A stretch of 60,346 nucleotides of DNA from a virus (taxonomy: Duplodnaviria > Caudoviricetes), in the IMG/VR virus record IMGVR_UViG_3300032218_000496, positions 1 through 60,346 of that record; one strand, given 5' to 3'. Under the pieces are notes generated by a model. It was not told the origin of the DNA. It saw only the letters and a program-made list of their open reading frames with translations, and ran no database searches. Of this stretch, positions 38,568 through 47,128 are shown one piece after another (within the stretch, counting starts at the first letter, position 1; each line of letters starts with the position of its first letter). The position numbers and the translations under genes were made by a program.

Positions 38568-38656
38568 TTCTCACTCGCTTTCTGTAGTATTGCTCTTGCA
38601 CAACAACATTGACTAGGAATCCTATGGCATTTGCTACAAAAAATATTTTGGTTCAT
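38564..38656 (-). CDS. 30-aa Cys-rich microprotein (not in ORF track)
   Basis: MNQNIFCSKCHRIPSQCCCARAILQKASEK; starts and ends in boundary repeats. Confidence 0.6.
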   Translation of the reverse strand: MNQNIFCSKCHRIPSQCCCARAILQKASEK

Positions 38657-38844
38657 TCCTCACTCGCTTTCTTACTTATTAATGGCACTCCGCCATTGTC
38701 ATCGCCTTTAAATGCACCGTAAAACATTTGCTTACTAAACGCATCCAACACCGCTATTCTTGTTTTTTCGTCTGGCATTTCGGCTAAAGATTTATTAATA
38801 GCATCTGTAATTTCTTGTATGGCTTGTTTGTATGGAATTATCAT
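38653..38844 (-). CDS. hypothetical protein
   Basis: bounded by repeats; ends KASEE. Confidence 0.6.
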   Translation of the reverse strand: MIIPYKQAIQEITDAINKSLAEMPDEKTRIAVLDAFSKQMFYGAFKGDDNGGVPLISKKASEE

Positions 38845-39095
38845 TTCTCACTCGCTTTCTGTAATTCTATAAAAGGACTACTATAATCATGCACAAATTG
38901 AGTTTTGCCACACCAAATTTTTATTTTTTGCAATTCTTTTCTCAACAATTCTATTTCAGCCTGTTGTTCTTCAACTAAGTTATGCAACGCTTGTATTTCG
39001 GCTGACGTGTACAACGGACTTAGTTTAAGTATTGAATCAGGTGGTGACTCTTTAAACAATATACCGCCATCAGATATGTATGCACTTGGTTTCAT
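38841..39095 (-). CDS. hypothetical protein
   Basis: ATGA-coupled; QQAEIE motif; ends KASEK. Confidence 0.6.
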   Translation of the reverse strand: MKPSAYISDGGILFKESPPDSILKLSPLYTSAEIQALHNLVEEQQAEIELLRKELQKIKIWCGKTQFVHDYSSPFIELQKASEK

Positions 39096-39289
39096 CTATC
39101 ACTCCTCATTGTTCGTTTAGCTTCTTCGCATATCTTAGCGTAATCTTTTGGTACATCGGGATGCCAACCACCAAGCAGTAGTTCGCAGTTTAATTTATAA
39201 ACTTCTTCTCTACGACTAACCTCGGTCATATAGATAATTAACCCACAAAATAAAATCCATGTGCACACAAGCATTGGTATTGATTTCAT
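39092..39289 (-). CDS. small membrane protein
   Basis: N-terminal TM segment; ATGA-coupled start at 39289. Confidence 0.55.
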   Translation of the reverse strand: MKSIPMLVCTWILFCGLIIYMTEVSRREEVYKLNCELLLGGWHPDVPKDYAKICEEAKRTMRSDR

Positions 39290-39702
39290 TTGACCACCTT
39301 CCACATGTTGTTTCGGTTTGAACTTTGTTCTATATCGTTTGATAAGCGTGACTGTTTCATATGTAACCTATTTCTATACAATCTACCAGCGGCTTCACCG
39401 CCGTATTTCTGCGCTCTTTTGTTTACTATGCAATCTAATTTAGATTCTTCTAACCAATCAAGTAACGCAACTTGTTTTTCTTTCGGTGTAATCCATAGCC
39501 GTTCACTCAAAGGAGTTAACGATCTTGCCACCCACACCCTTGTACCTTGTTTAATTAAACCTTTACATCTAAGTAGTCCTAGTTCTTCAGGGTATACACC
39601 AAACTCGTATTTACACGCCATACCCAAAGAGTATGAGTTACCAAAGTCATTCCACGATCTAATTATCATGGCGTCCCAAAACCGTTGATTAATTTCTCTC
39701 AT
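39286..39702 (-). CDS. hypothetical protein
   Basis: GGAGG RBS; ATGA overlaps at both ends. Confidence 0.55.
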   Translation of the reverse strand: MREINQRFWDAMIIRSWNDFGNSYSLGMACKYEFGVYPEELGLLRCKGLIKQGTRVWVARSLTPLSERLWITPKEKQVALLDWLEESKLDCIVNKRAQKYGGEAAGRLYRNRLHMKQSRLSNDIEQSSNRNNMWKVVK

Positions 39703-39893
39703 TCTTTAACCCTCCGTTTTTTAATTGCGGTTATACCTGCTTCTTCCTGTGGCCTACGGGCTACTAACATTGCATCCGCCATAATATAAGCGTTCTCTGC
39801 AACTTGTTCTACAATCCCACGATTAATTCCTGTGCTAACTATCCCCATCATGGCAAACATAGCAAAGCAATCTCTTAAGTCGTTTTCGTTCAT
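39699..39893 (-). CDS. conserved small phage protein (LRD.FA..AM...AY..ADAM)
   Basis: motif typical of small phage accessory proteins; coupled. Confidence 0.65.
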   Translation of the reverse strand: MNENDLRDCFAMFAMMGIVSTGINRGIVEQVAENAYIMADAMLVARRPQEEAGITAIKKRRVKE

Positions 39894-40561
39894 CTGTAAA
39901 TACCTTTTCCGTTATGTTCGCAACTCATTACTGAGCAGAACTTTCTACATGTAAAATTTGGTTTAGCGTTCCACACATCAAACTCGTGCGCTTGTTCTAG
40001 TTTATTAATCTGACTTATCCAACCAACCCATAACTCAGGTGCACTGTGGGATATGTAATTAGCCTTGACAAAATCTTCTGCTACTAAGAAGGCCAGCCCT
40101 GCTTTAATAAACTCAACCTGTGGGAAGTGTTTGAACACCGCAAGTGCCATCAACTCTAACTGTTTGGTGTCGGCATATTGTGAACTCTTGCCTGTCTTAT
40201 AGTCAACAATATTAGCCTTATCCCCATTAAGAATAATTAAATCAGCTACGCCTCTGAACCAAACATTGTCGTCAAAGAAACCGCAAGGCTCTAACTCTTC
40301 GGTCAAACCCATTTTATATTCGCACAGCTTCTTACCTGGGATCTCTTTAAGCACATCCAATATTGGTGTAATATATGCGAACTTCTCAGGTACGGCAATT
40401 CCATCCTTTATGTAATCTTCAGCCGCCTTATGCACTAGCGTGCCGTAATGCATAGCTTCTGACTCAGGCTCAACAATATCCTTGGCTACACGCAAGTGGT
40501 AATACTTACGAGGACATTGTTGGAACAACCCTAACGAGGAGTAAGACCATTTAATTGTCAT
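39890..40561 (-). CDS. PD-(D/E)XK exonuclease (RecB/Cas4-like fold)
   Basis: SYSS..F.QCP, GT.VH, G.ADL, DYKTG, QL.L.A and C-terminal Cys cluster; start set at ATG 40561. Confidence 0.85.
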   Translation of the reverse strand: MTIKWSYSSLGLFQQCPRKYYHLRVAKDIVEPESEAMHYGTLVHKAAEDYIKDGIAVPEKFAYITPILDVLKEIPGKKLCEYKMGLTEELEPCGFFDDNVWFRGVADLIILNGDKANIVDYKTGKSSQYADTKQLELMALAVFKHFPQVEFIKAGLAFLVAEDFVKANYISHSAPELWVGWISQINKLEQAHEFDVWNAKPNFTCRKFCSVMSCEHNGKGIYR

Positions 40562-40880
40562 TTTTAATCCACACAGTCTTGCCATCTTTTGCTCTAGGTA
40601 CTCTAGTACTTCCGCATTCAACAACATAGGCATCTGCATGTCCTCGATAACAACCGCACATGCTACTTCCACTACCTGATACGCAAGACATAGATTCATC
40701 GGCCTCTTGTTCGGGGCATGTTCCTTCGTATGGCTCGCTACCTTCCGAACCATAGTCAAATACGGGGATAAGTCTAACTTCTTGGATGGTGTCCTCTAAA
40801 TCAACCATTCTAAGAAACGCTCTTATAAACTCTTCATCTTCTTTTGCTTTAATACCCCAAGTGTTAAATATCTTTGCCAT
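40551..40880 (-). CDS. hypothetical protein
   Basis: ATG 40880 overlaps the polymerase stop codon. Confidence 0.5.
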   Translation of the reverse strand: MAKIFNTWGIKAKEDEEFIRAFLRMVDLEDTIQEVRLIPVFDYGSEGSEPYEGTCPEQEADESMSCVSGSGSSMCGCYRGHADAYVVECGSTRVPRAKDGKTVWIKNDN

Positions 40881-42709
40881 CACAGCCCCCAATTTTCAAT
40901 TGATTTTTTGTTACTACACTCAGCATAATTATCCCCAACACCTATCTCACAAGCAAGGGGTAATGTTGATGCCCAGCTTGGCCGCCACTTCATGCACTCG
41001 TCTATGTATAGCATAGCTTCGTCACGGTCAGCCTCGGGCACAACTGCCATGACCGCATCGTGAACTGTAAGTGCCACCTTGTAACGCTTGGCTATGAGTA
41101 ACATCTGCTCACCAATGACACACCTTGCTATCGCTTGACATAAGTTCTCTACTACTTTCCCACCATAAATCTTCACACGACCTCGTCTACTTCCATAACT
41201 ATATGCGTCGTCTTCTCGTCTAAGGTCAGCGTAGGAAAGATAGAGTCCGCTTGGTAATAGAAAACCTGATGCCGTAAGGCTAAGTGCTTGCGGTTGCACC
41301 CCAACTTCACAAGTTTTAACCTCTGCCATAGCGTCAAGGGAACGATTCGCTTCCTTCCAAAGCAAGGGTATTCTTGGGTATGTTGCACGGTAGACGTCGA
41401 TGATTCTCTTCGCCTCTGACTCCTCGATTTCCACGCCGAAAGTTTTGAGTTGTATAGCAAACTTTGTTGAGCCCATGCCATAGCCTGCGCCGAGGATTGT
41501 TGTCTTACCCACGAACCGTTCTTCTTGCGTAATGTCTTCAATCGCTTTGTTATAAATACTTGACGCCATAATCTTATAGACATCTTCTCTCCTTTCAAAG
41601 GCTTCTACGAGGTCGTTCTGTCCACTAAGCCACGCAACTGTTCGTGCTTCAATTTGACTTGAGTCAGCGTCAATGAGTGTGAATCCTTGAGGTGCTGTAA
41701 TAGCCTGTTTGAGGCTTCCTTTTCGTGGAAGGTTTTGGAGATTGAGTTTATCATCTCCGCCCCACCTACCTGTATGGGCGGCATAGTATCTGAGGGGGAC
41801 AGGCATTTCACCTCGAAAAGAGATATTGATAAACCTTTGGGTTCTAGTTTCTTCAAGGGTGCTCTTTGTTCCAAGTCTTGCCGATACAAGTGCCTGAACT
41901 CGTTCGTCGGGGTGTTGTGCGAGTTCTTTGAATCCTTCGTCGCTTTTAGCAAATGCGTAAGTTTGTTTTCCATTGGCAGGGCTTTCTTTCATAGGTGGTT
42001 CAACGCCTAAACTGATAAGCAACTCGGCAAATTTAGGGTTGCTCATCAACGTGTCTTTATCTGATATGCAAGCCTCAAGCAATCTTTCTTTTCTTGCTTT
42101 TACCTGCATAAGGTGTTGTTCAAGCAAAGGGCTATTAAGGCGCAGAACTGGTTCGGAAAACATTTTTATTGTTAAACTGATTAGTTGCAACTCAGATTTA
42201 GAAAAGCGGTCTACTAGAACATGGAATAACTTGTAGGTTAGCTCCACGTCATTAATGCAATACGCACCATATGCAGTAAGTTCGTTGACAGAAAAATTTT
42301 CACGTCGTTGACCGAGGGCGTCAATAACTTCTGTGCCCTTTCTCCCCAAAGAGTATCGCTCCACAAGTTTACTAAGCGAGTTTCCTGCTTCAAGCCCATC
42401 TGTCGCACGAGCCATGCCAAGCGTGTCAAGCCAAGCCATCGGTTTAATACCAAACCACCAAGTGAGAATAGCACCGTCAAACATAGCATTATGGGCAAGA
42501 GCAAAAGAATTACGCCAATCATACCCGCTAAGAAAGTCAGCCACCTCTTTGTCACTACCACTGAACCATACAGCCTCATCATCGTTCTCCTTAACTGCTA
42601 CACCAATAATTTGAAACCTATCGCTACGCACATACTCCTCAGTCGTAAGACGAGTCAAAGAATAGTCTCTCGAGTAAAACGTTTCGAAGTCTATTGTTAA
42701 TATGTTCAT
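40880..42709 (-). CDS. polA: family A DNA polymerase with 3'-5' exonuclease
   Basis: exonuclease motifs DFET, HNAMFD, YCIND; TGRW, NLQN, DSSQIEAR (A), R..GKTTILGAGYG (B), VHD (C). Confidence 0.95.
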   Translation of the reverse strand: MNILTIDFETFYSRDYSLTRLTTEEYVRSDRFQIIGVAVKENDDEAVWFSGSDKEVADFLSGYDWRNSFALAHNAMFDGAILTWWFGIKPMAWLDTLGMARATDGLEAGNSLSKLVERYSLGRKGTEVIDALGQRRENFSVNELTAYGAYCINDVELTYKLFHVLVDRFSKSELQLISLTIKMFSEPVLRLNSPLLEQHLMQVKARKERLLEACISDKDTLMSNPKFAELLISLGVEPPMKESPANGKQTYAFAKSDEGFKELAQHPDERVQALVSARLGTKSTLEETRTQRFINISFRGEMPVPLRYYAAHTGRWGGDDKLNLQNLPRKGSLKQAITAPQGFTLIDADSSQIEARTVAWLSGQNDLVEAFERREDVYKIMASSIYNKAIEDITQEERFVGKTTILGAGYGMGSTKFAIQLKTFGVEIEESEAKRIIDVYRATYPRIPLLWKEANRSLDAMAEVKTCEVGVQPQALSLTASGFLLPSGLYLSYADLRREDDAYSYGSRRGRVKIYGGKVVENLCQAIARCVIGEQMLLIAKRYKVALTVHDAVMAVVPEADRDEAMLYIDECMKWRPSWASTLPLACEIGVGDNYAECSNKKSIENWGL

Positions 42710-43050
42710 TAGTAAGTTACCCTTCCACCACCTGCTAGAACGGCAGGTTCGGGGAACAACCTATGTTTGCGAGTGTCTAAAGGTTCAGCGTCCTTCATAT
42801 CGTCGGTCATAACTGTCATAACTCTCATAGTTAATTCAGTCCTACGTATTTGTTTTAACTTGTCAAATATCAAACCCTTTTCCGTTTCGGTCATGGCATC
42901 TCTAAAATATTCTTGGTAAATAAATTTCCATTTATCAATTGATGTTGTAAAGAACTCTTCGGGGTGGGTTTCCATGCGTGCAAGAACTATTGCAACGCCA
43001 TCGTTTAGTTCTGTTAGGGAACTGGTAAGGTTTGTGTTTTTAGATTCCAT
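42709..43050 (-). CDS. hypothetical protein
   Basis: GGAG RBS; TAATG coupling to polA. Confidence 0.6.
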   Translation of the reverse strand: MESKNTNLTSSLTELNDGVAIVLARMETHPEEFFTTSIDKWKFIYQEYFRDAMTETEKGLIFDKLKQIRRTELTMRVMTVMTDDMKDAEPLDTRKHRLFPEPAVLAGGGRVTY

Positions 43051-43327
43051 GTAGATACTCCGTTAGTTGGTCAATGTTTGTTTCGTTAATTAAAAATGTT
43101 ATACCACCTGCTTGCTTGATGCGTTTGATTTCACGGTCTTGAAGGGCGGTTGTTTTGCCCTTACCTGCCTTACATTCAATTGCTACGAAGATGGAGTTCT
43201 TGCATGCTATGATGTCAGGGATGCCCGACCTGCCATAGCCATGCGTAGATGGATAGAAGTAATATACTCCGTGTGCGTCTAATATTTTAGAGACGGCTTT
43301 CTTTACCTTAAACTCAGGTGTAGACAT
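43040..43327 (-). CDS. VRR-NUC nuclease (putative Holliday junction resolvase)
   Basis: PE..V, GIPD, IECKA, T.LQ motifs. Confidence 0.85.
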   Translation of the reverse strand: MSTPEFKVKKAVSKILDAHGVYYFYPSTHGYGRSGIPDIIACKNSIFVAIECKAGKGKTTALQDREIKRIKQAGGITFLINETNIDQLTEYLHGI

Positions 43328-43364
43328 GATTACTTTTCCTATTTATTTTTTATACTATTGACAC

Positions 43365-43394
43365 AGTATAGTCCTAAACTTATTGCGATTGCAA
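43365..43394 (-). promoter_or_regulatory. sigma70-like promoter for the replication operon
   Basis: TTGCAA-N18-TATACT with AT-rich upstream tract. Confidence 0.55.
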
Positions 43395-43433
43395 CAATTA
43401 TTTTAATTTATTTTATAGGGACAAACCCTAGTT

Positions 43434-43458
43434 ACCTAGCGACATGATGTCGCCAAGT
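43434..43458. repeat. palindrome copy 1
   Basis: ACCTAGCGACA-TGA-TGTCGCCAAGT, between terminator and promoter. Confidence 0.9.
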
Positions 43459-43465
43459 AGCCAAT

Positions 43466-43490
43466 AAAAAAGCCCTCCGAAGAGGGCTCT
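43466..43490 (-). terminator. intrinsic terminator ending the early arm
   Basis: minus strand AGCCCTC-TTCG-GAGGGCT followed by TTTTT. Confidence 0.9.
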
Positions 43491-43619
43491 GTGTAGGCTA
43501 AAGCAGATTGCGCATCCTACTTGCGATATTGGAGATGCTCGGTTTCCCGAAGCCGTAAGTCACATCGTGCTATATAAAAATACGGCATTACATTTTTCAT
43601 ACAAGGTGTAACCAAGAAG

Positions 43620-44576
43620 TTACTTGAATAGTATATCACCATCTACTAGAAAGTAAAATGTTTCAACCTCACCATTACCACTTTTAAACTTAATACCTAT
43701 GTGGCTATGTGCTTCGTCACCGTTCACTAACTGCAACGCAGATACTTTATCGGATAAGTGCTTAGGCAAATCATCTATTGATTTGTATTTGAGTATGTCG
43801 TCAGTAATCCCTGCGCCATAGGTATACACTACATAGCTACCATCTATACGCAACTGAACTGCATGACCTCTATTCTGTTGCGCATAGTCATTGTGCAGTA
43901 TCCTGACTTGTTCGTAGGCTTCCATGATTTGCATGAAGTCCCTCTCCTCGCCGTATCTTTGTGCTGATGCTTTAACAGTAGCGAGGTTAGCAGGTAAGGT
44001 TACGGTAGATTCCTGGTTGAGGATAGCCTTATATGCTGCCATAGCATACGTCAATGCTTCATCCTCGGTATCCATCGACCACCTTGCGGCTTGCCGTGCA
44101 GAGTTTAATACACTACTTAGTCTGTTAGACACAGTATCTCTTACGGCTTTAATCAACTCTTCATCTATCCTAGGATACATAACCTCTTTGACTTTGCGCA
44201 GTGCTACCTTCATATCCTTGTTATATGTTCTGTTGTAGTCACCTCTCTCCTTATCAATACGAAATGAGGATACCGTGTAGACATACACCTGTCCTTCGTT
44301 GCGACGATATATGTCGGCTATACCTATCTCGCCAAGCTTCTCACCGTTCTGATATACCTCAACCCCTGTGAGCAGTTGACATTGGCGTCTATCTATCTCA
44401 CCATCATTGGTTTTGAAAGTGCGATAGACTGACTTGCATAGGTCATCCGTTGCAACAAAGTTAAGCAAAGGCTTTGCCAACGAAACTGCGTGGATAAAAT
44501 CATCTAGCTTAGCATCGTGCTCATACAACTTGTGTTTGCCAGATAGACTGGACTTATCTATTTCTACAATATGCAT
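43620..44576 (-). CDS. hypothetical early protein
   Basis: 318-aa ORF with AGGAG RBS. Confidence 0.7.
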   Translation of the reverse strand: MHIVEIDKSSLSGKHKLYEHDAKLDDFIHAVSLAKPLLNFVATDDLCKSVYRTFKTNDGEIDRRQCQLLTGVEVYQNGEKLGEIGIADIYRRNEGQVYVYTVSSFRIDKERGDYNRTYNKDMKVALRKVKEVMYPRIDEELIKAVRDTVSNRLSSVLNSARQAARWSMDTEDEALTYAMAAYKAILNQESTVTLPANLATVKASAQRYGEERDFMQIMEAYEQVRILHNDYAQQNRGHAVQLRIDGSYVVYTYGAGITDDILKYKSIDDLPKHLSDKVSALQLVNGDEAHSHIGIKFKSGNGEVETFYFLVDGDILFK

Positions 44577-44587
44577 AATGTATCTCC

Positions 44588-45472
44588 TTAAAAGTTAAAC
44601 TTGCCAAGTATTTCATCGACCTTACTCTTTACAATCTCACGAGCCTCGTGACTATTGCGTAACGAATCGGCATCGTGATGCTTAATTGCGTTATACAAAT
44701 CCAAGCGTGCTTGCTCTAGGTTAGTATCTTTCGTAAGGTTAAAATGTTTTAAAAGCTCTGTTAACTCCACAGCATTCTCTACTAACGTGTTACGGAATAC
44801 ACGAGGTTTGCTCTTGATTCCATTATCATAGTCAGGCGCATCGAATTGCAGTCGGTCACTTATGCGAGTCAAGCAGTCGTGCAACCTAGACCACGCATCA
44901 CGCATTGCGTTGTTGAGACGTTCTTCGTAAGCAACATTACAGGAACTTATAATATCGCTCTTGGCTTCTTCGTTGATGTCGATACGGAAATCCCCTGCCA
45001 TCGGCACAGGTAGATAGTTAACATAGAACTTAAACTTGTGCGCTATCTTCTCCACGCTAGGGTATTCGTCACGGTCAAACAAATCACCTAACTGAAATGC
45101 TGCGGCACTCACTAGGTTAGGATATGCTATGAGGAACTTATCAACCAACGCCATATAGTTTTCCTCCAACAGATTACGTTGCTTGGTGTAGTTCATAAAG
45201 TTAGACGTCGGCAATAAGCGTAAGCCGTTGTCCGACCACGGCAAAGTCTGAGAGATATGCCAAGACCTAGCGTTAGCCGCATACTTTACTATAGTATCAA
45301 GAAAGCCTGTGCCAGCAAGTAAGTTCTTGTTGTAGTTACCTGCCTGTGTCTTCGTGCCTTTAGATGCATCGACCTCGGCTGACACCTTCTTATCTAACTT
45401 ACGAGCAGTCCATGTGCTGATAGACATCTCGACTAGCATCGCTGACGATGCAATACTTATGGTATTTTCCAT
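44588..45472 (-). CDS. DUF3150-like protein
   Basis: ISTWTARKLD, TLPW.D.G.RLLP and YP motifs; helical C-terminus; adjacent to vWA and AAA genes; family recalled, not searched. Confidence 0.55.
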   Translation of the reverse strand: MENTISIASSAMLVEMSISTWTARKLDKKVSAEVDASKGTKTQAGNYNKNLLAGTGFLDTIVKYAANARSWHISQTLPWSDNGLRLLPTSNFMNYTKQRNLLEENYMALVDKFLIAYPNLVSAAAFQLGDLFDRDEYPSVEKIAHKFKFYVNYLPVPMAGDFRIDINEEAKSDIISSCNVAYEERLNNAMRDAWSRLHDCLTRISDRLQFDAPDYDNGIKSKPRVFRNTLVENAVELTELLKHFNLTKDTNLEQARLDLYNAIKHHDADSLRNSHEAREIVKSKVDEILGKFNF

Positions 45473-45507
45473 ACTGATACTCCTTCTTCTTGGTTAAGTT
45501 GGTAGTT

Positions 45508-45532
45508 ACCTAGCGACATGATGTCGCCAAGT
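45508..45532. repeat. palindrome copy 2
   Basis: ACCTAGCGACA-TGA-TGTCGCCAAGT, symmetry extended by flanking GTT/AAC. Confidence 0.95.
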
Positions 45533-45545
45533 AACCTGTTGTTTA

Positions 45546-46850
45546 CTACTCTATGTGCACTACTTTACCTACTACCTTTACATCAAAACGTGGGTTGCCT
45601 TTGATACACCACAAGACAGGCATGTTCAACTGCCAGTCGCTTTCCTTCTGTTTGTTTATGTAACCATCGGTCAACATAATCACGCACTCGGGCACGAGTT
45701 GCTTCTTCTTGATATACTTCGGCACGCATACGGGGTCAGTCCCTCCACCACCTTTCGCTTTGGTAGATTCGATTAGCCCTGCCAATTCGTTGTTACTGTA
45801 TGTCTCATGCGATGCAACCTCAGTATCCCAATACAACAAGTCAATCCTCTCAGGTGATACCTCATCACAGATAGACTTAACCTCACCTAAGAACTGCGCC
45901 AACTCAGCCCCACCGATAGAGCCTGATGTGTCAACAGCAATTACGATAGAACCAATCTTCTCATCATACGATGAGGGCATGATGATATCCATACCGATGT
46001 AACGCTTGTGCAATCTCTTCCAAGTGGATTGGTCTTTGCCTTGCGTAGAAGTCTTAATGAAATCACGCAACGCTTCCTTCCAATCAATCTTCGGAGTGAG
46101 TAACTCCTGTATATCTCTAGAGAGATTACCCTTCATCTTACCTGCCAAGATAGCACCCTGACGCAACGCACTCTCAATCTCTTTAGCGTTATCACTCACA
46201 TCTTTCTCAGACATACTGCTTGCACCTTCCCAGTCATGCTTGTCCATAGGTTTGCCGTAAGGATTATCGCCATCGCTTTCCTCGTCGCCATCGCCATCAC
46301 CATCACCCTCGCCACCACCATCAGCGTTGGGGTCATCGCACTCCACAGTAACGCCACGCAAGACTTTAACTTTGCGCTTACCGTAGTCAGAGCCCAACTT
46401 CTTCTCTAGCAATAGGAAGACTTGGTGCGCATCCATACCTCGAAACTCCTCGTCAATGCAACCAATCGTTTCACCGTTCTCATCGGTAGGTAACTCTATC
46501 ACTTCCCCTTTCGGGTCGTAGTCATGGAGTTGCAGATTGATAACAAAGTCACACGCCATGTTAGCAAGGTTTGCGTTCTTCTTATACAACCCCTGCCATA
46601 CAACCATGTGACGATATGCCTTGTGCATGTTCTCGTGCAAGACAAGAAACGCCAACGCTTTATCGTTGAGCATATCCACAAACTCACGACCATACTCTAC
46701 CTCTAGTCCATTGGTTACTGCCGTCTCCACCTCATCCGAGACGGATACCTTACCAATCATAAACAACCCTGAGAACAAACAAAAGTTCGGGTGTTTCATT
46801 AGTTGGACATGGCATCTTTCGATGCGCTGTTCTGCTGTTAGTTTAGCCAT
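45546..46850 (-). CDS. DUF2201-like HExxH metallopeptidase fused to vWA domain
   Basis: LHENMH...H, N.A.D..IN; acidic Gly linker; MIDAS motifs DTSGS, GGGT, LTDG. Confidence 0.85.
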   Translation of the reverse strand: MAKLTAEQRIERCHVQLMKHPNFCLFSGLFMIGKVSVSDEVETAVTNGLEVEYGREFVDMLNDKALAFLVLHENMHKAYRHMVVWQGLYKKNANLANMACDFVINLQLHDYDPKGEVIELPTDENGETIGCIDEEFRGMDAHQVFLLLEKKLGSDYGKRKVKVLRGVTVECDDPNADGGGEGDGDGDGDEESDGDNPYGKPMDKHDWEGASSMSEKDVSDNAKEIESALRQGAILAGKMKGNLSRDIQELLTPKIDWKEALRDFIKTSTQGKDQSTWKRLHKRYIGMDIIMPSSYDEKIGSIVIAVDTSGSIGGAELAQFLGEVKSICDEVSPERIDLLYWDTEVASHETYSNNELAGLIESTKAKGGGGTDPVCVPKYIKKKQLVPECVIMLTDGYINKQKESDWQLNMPVLWCIKGNPRFDVKVVGKVVHIE

Positions 46851-47119
46851 TTAGCTTCCTTCCTTTCTTCTTCAAGTTGTTCTTTGTCTGCTTCTACTGA
46901 AGCACATACTGCTTGAGCAACGATTGAGATTAATGTTTCTGGGGGCATCTTTGCTTGGTCAAGCGCAGTTAGCACAAGCATGTTTACCAACGCACTCATT
47001 ACTGCCCCAAGGTTATACTTGTCGTTACCCAATATACCCCCGACGAGTTCCCTTATCTCTCTCACTTGGTCAATATGTTTCTCATGCTCTTCGTGCTCTT
47101 CTCTTTCTTCTCTGTTCAT
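46838..47119 (-). CDS. small helical protein between AAA and vWA genes
   Basis: AGGAGG RBS. Confidence 0.6.
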   Translation of the reverse strand: MNREEREEHEEHEKHIDQVREIRELVGGILGNDKYNLGAVMSALVNMLVLTALDQAKMPPETLISIVAQAVCASVEADKEQLEEERKEAKWLN

Positions 47120-47128
47120 ACTACCTCC

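Larger units (their letters stand above)
38329..38860 (-). repeat. four copies of 20-nt gene-boundary repeat AGAAAGCGAGTGAGRAATGA
   Basis: + strand TCATTYCTCACTCGCTTTCT at 38329, 38564, 38653 and 38841. Confidence 0.9.

Noticed and set aside
39890-40561. CRISPR-associated Cas4
   Set aside because: Lone PD-(D/E)XK nuclease beside polA, an ordinary phage replication context; the extension to 40759 overlaps another gene
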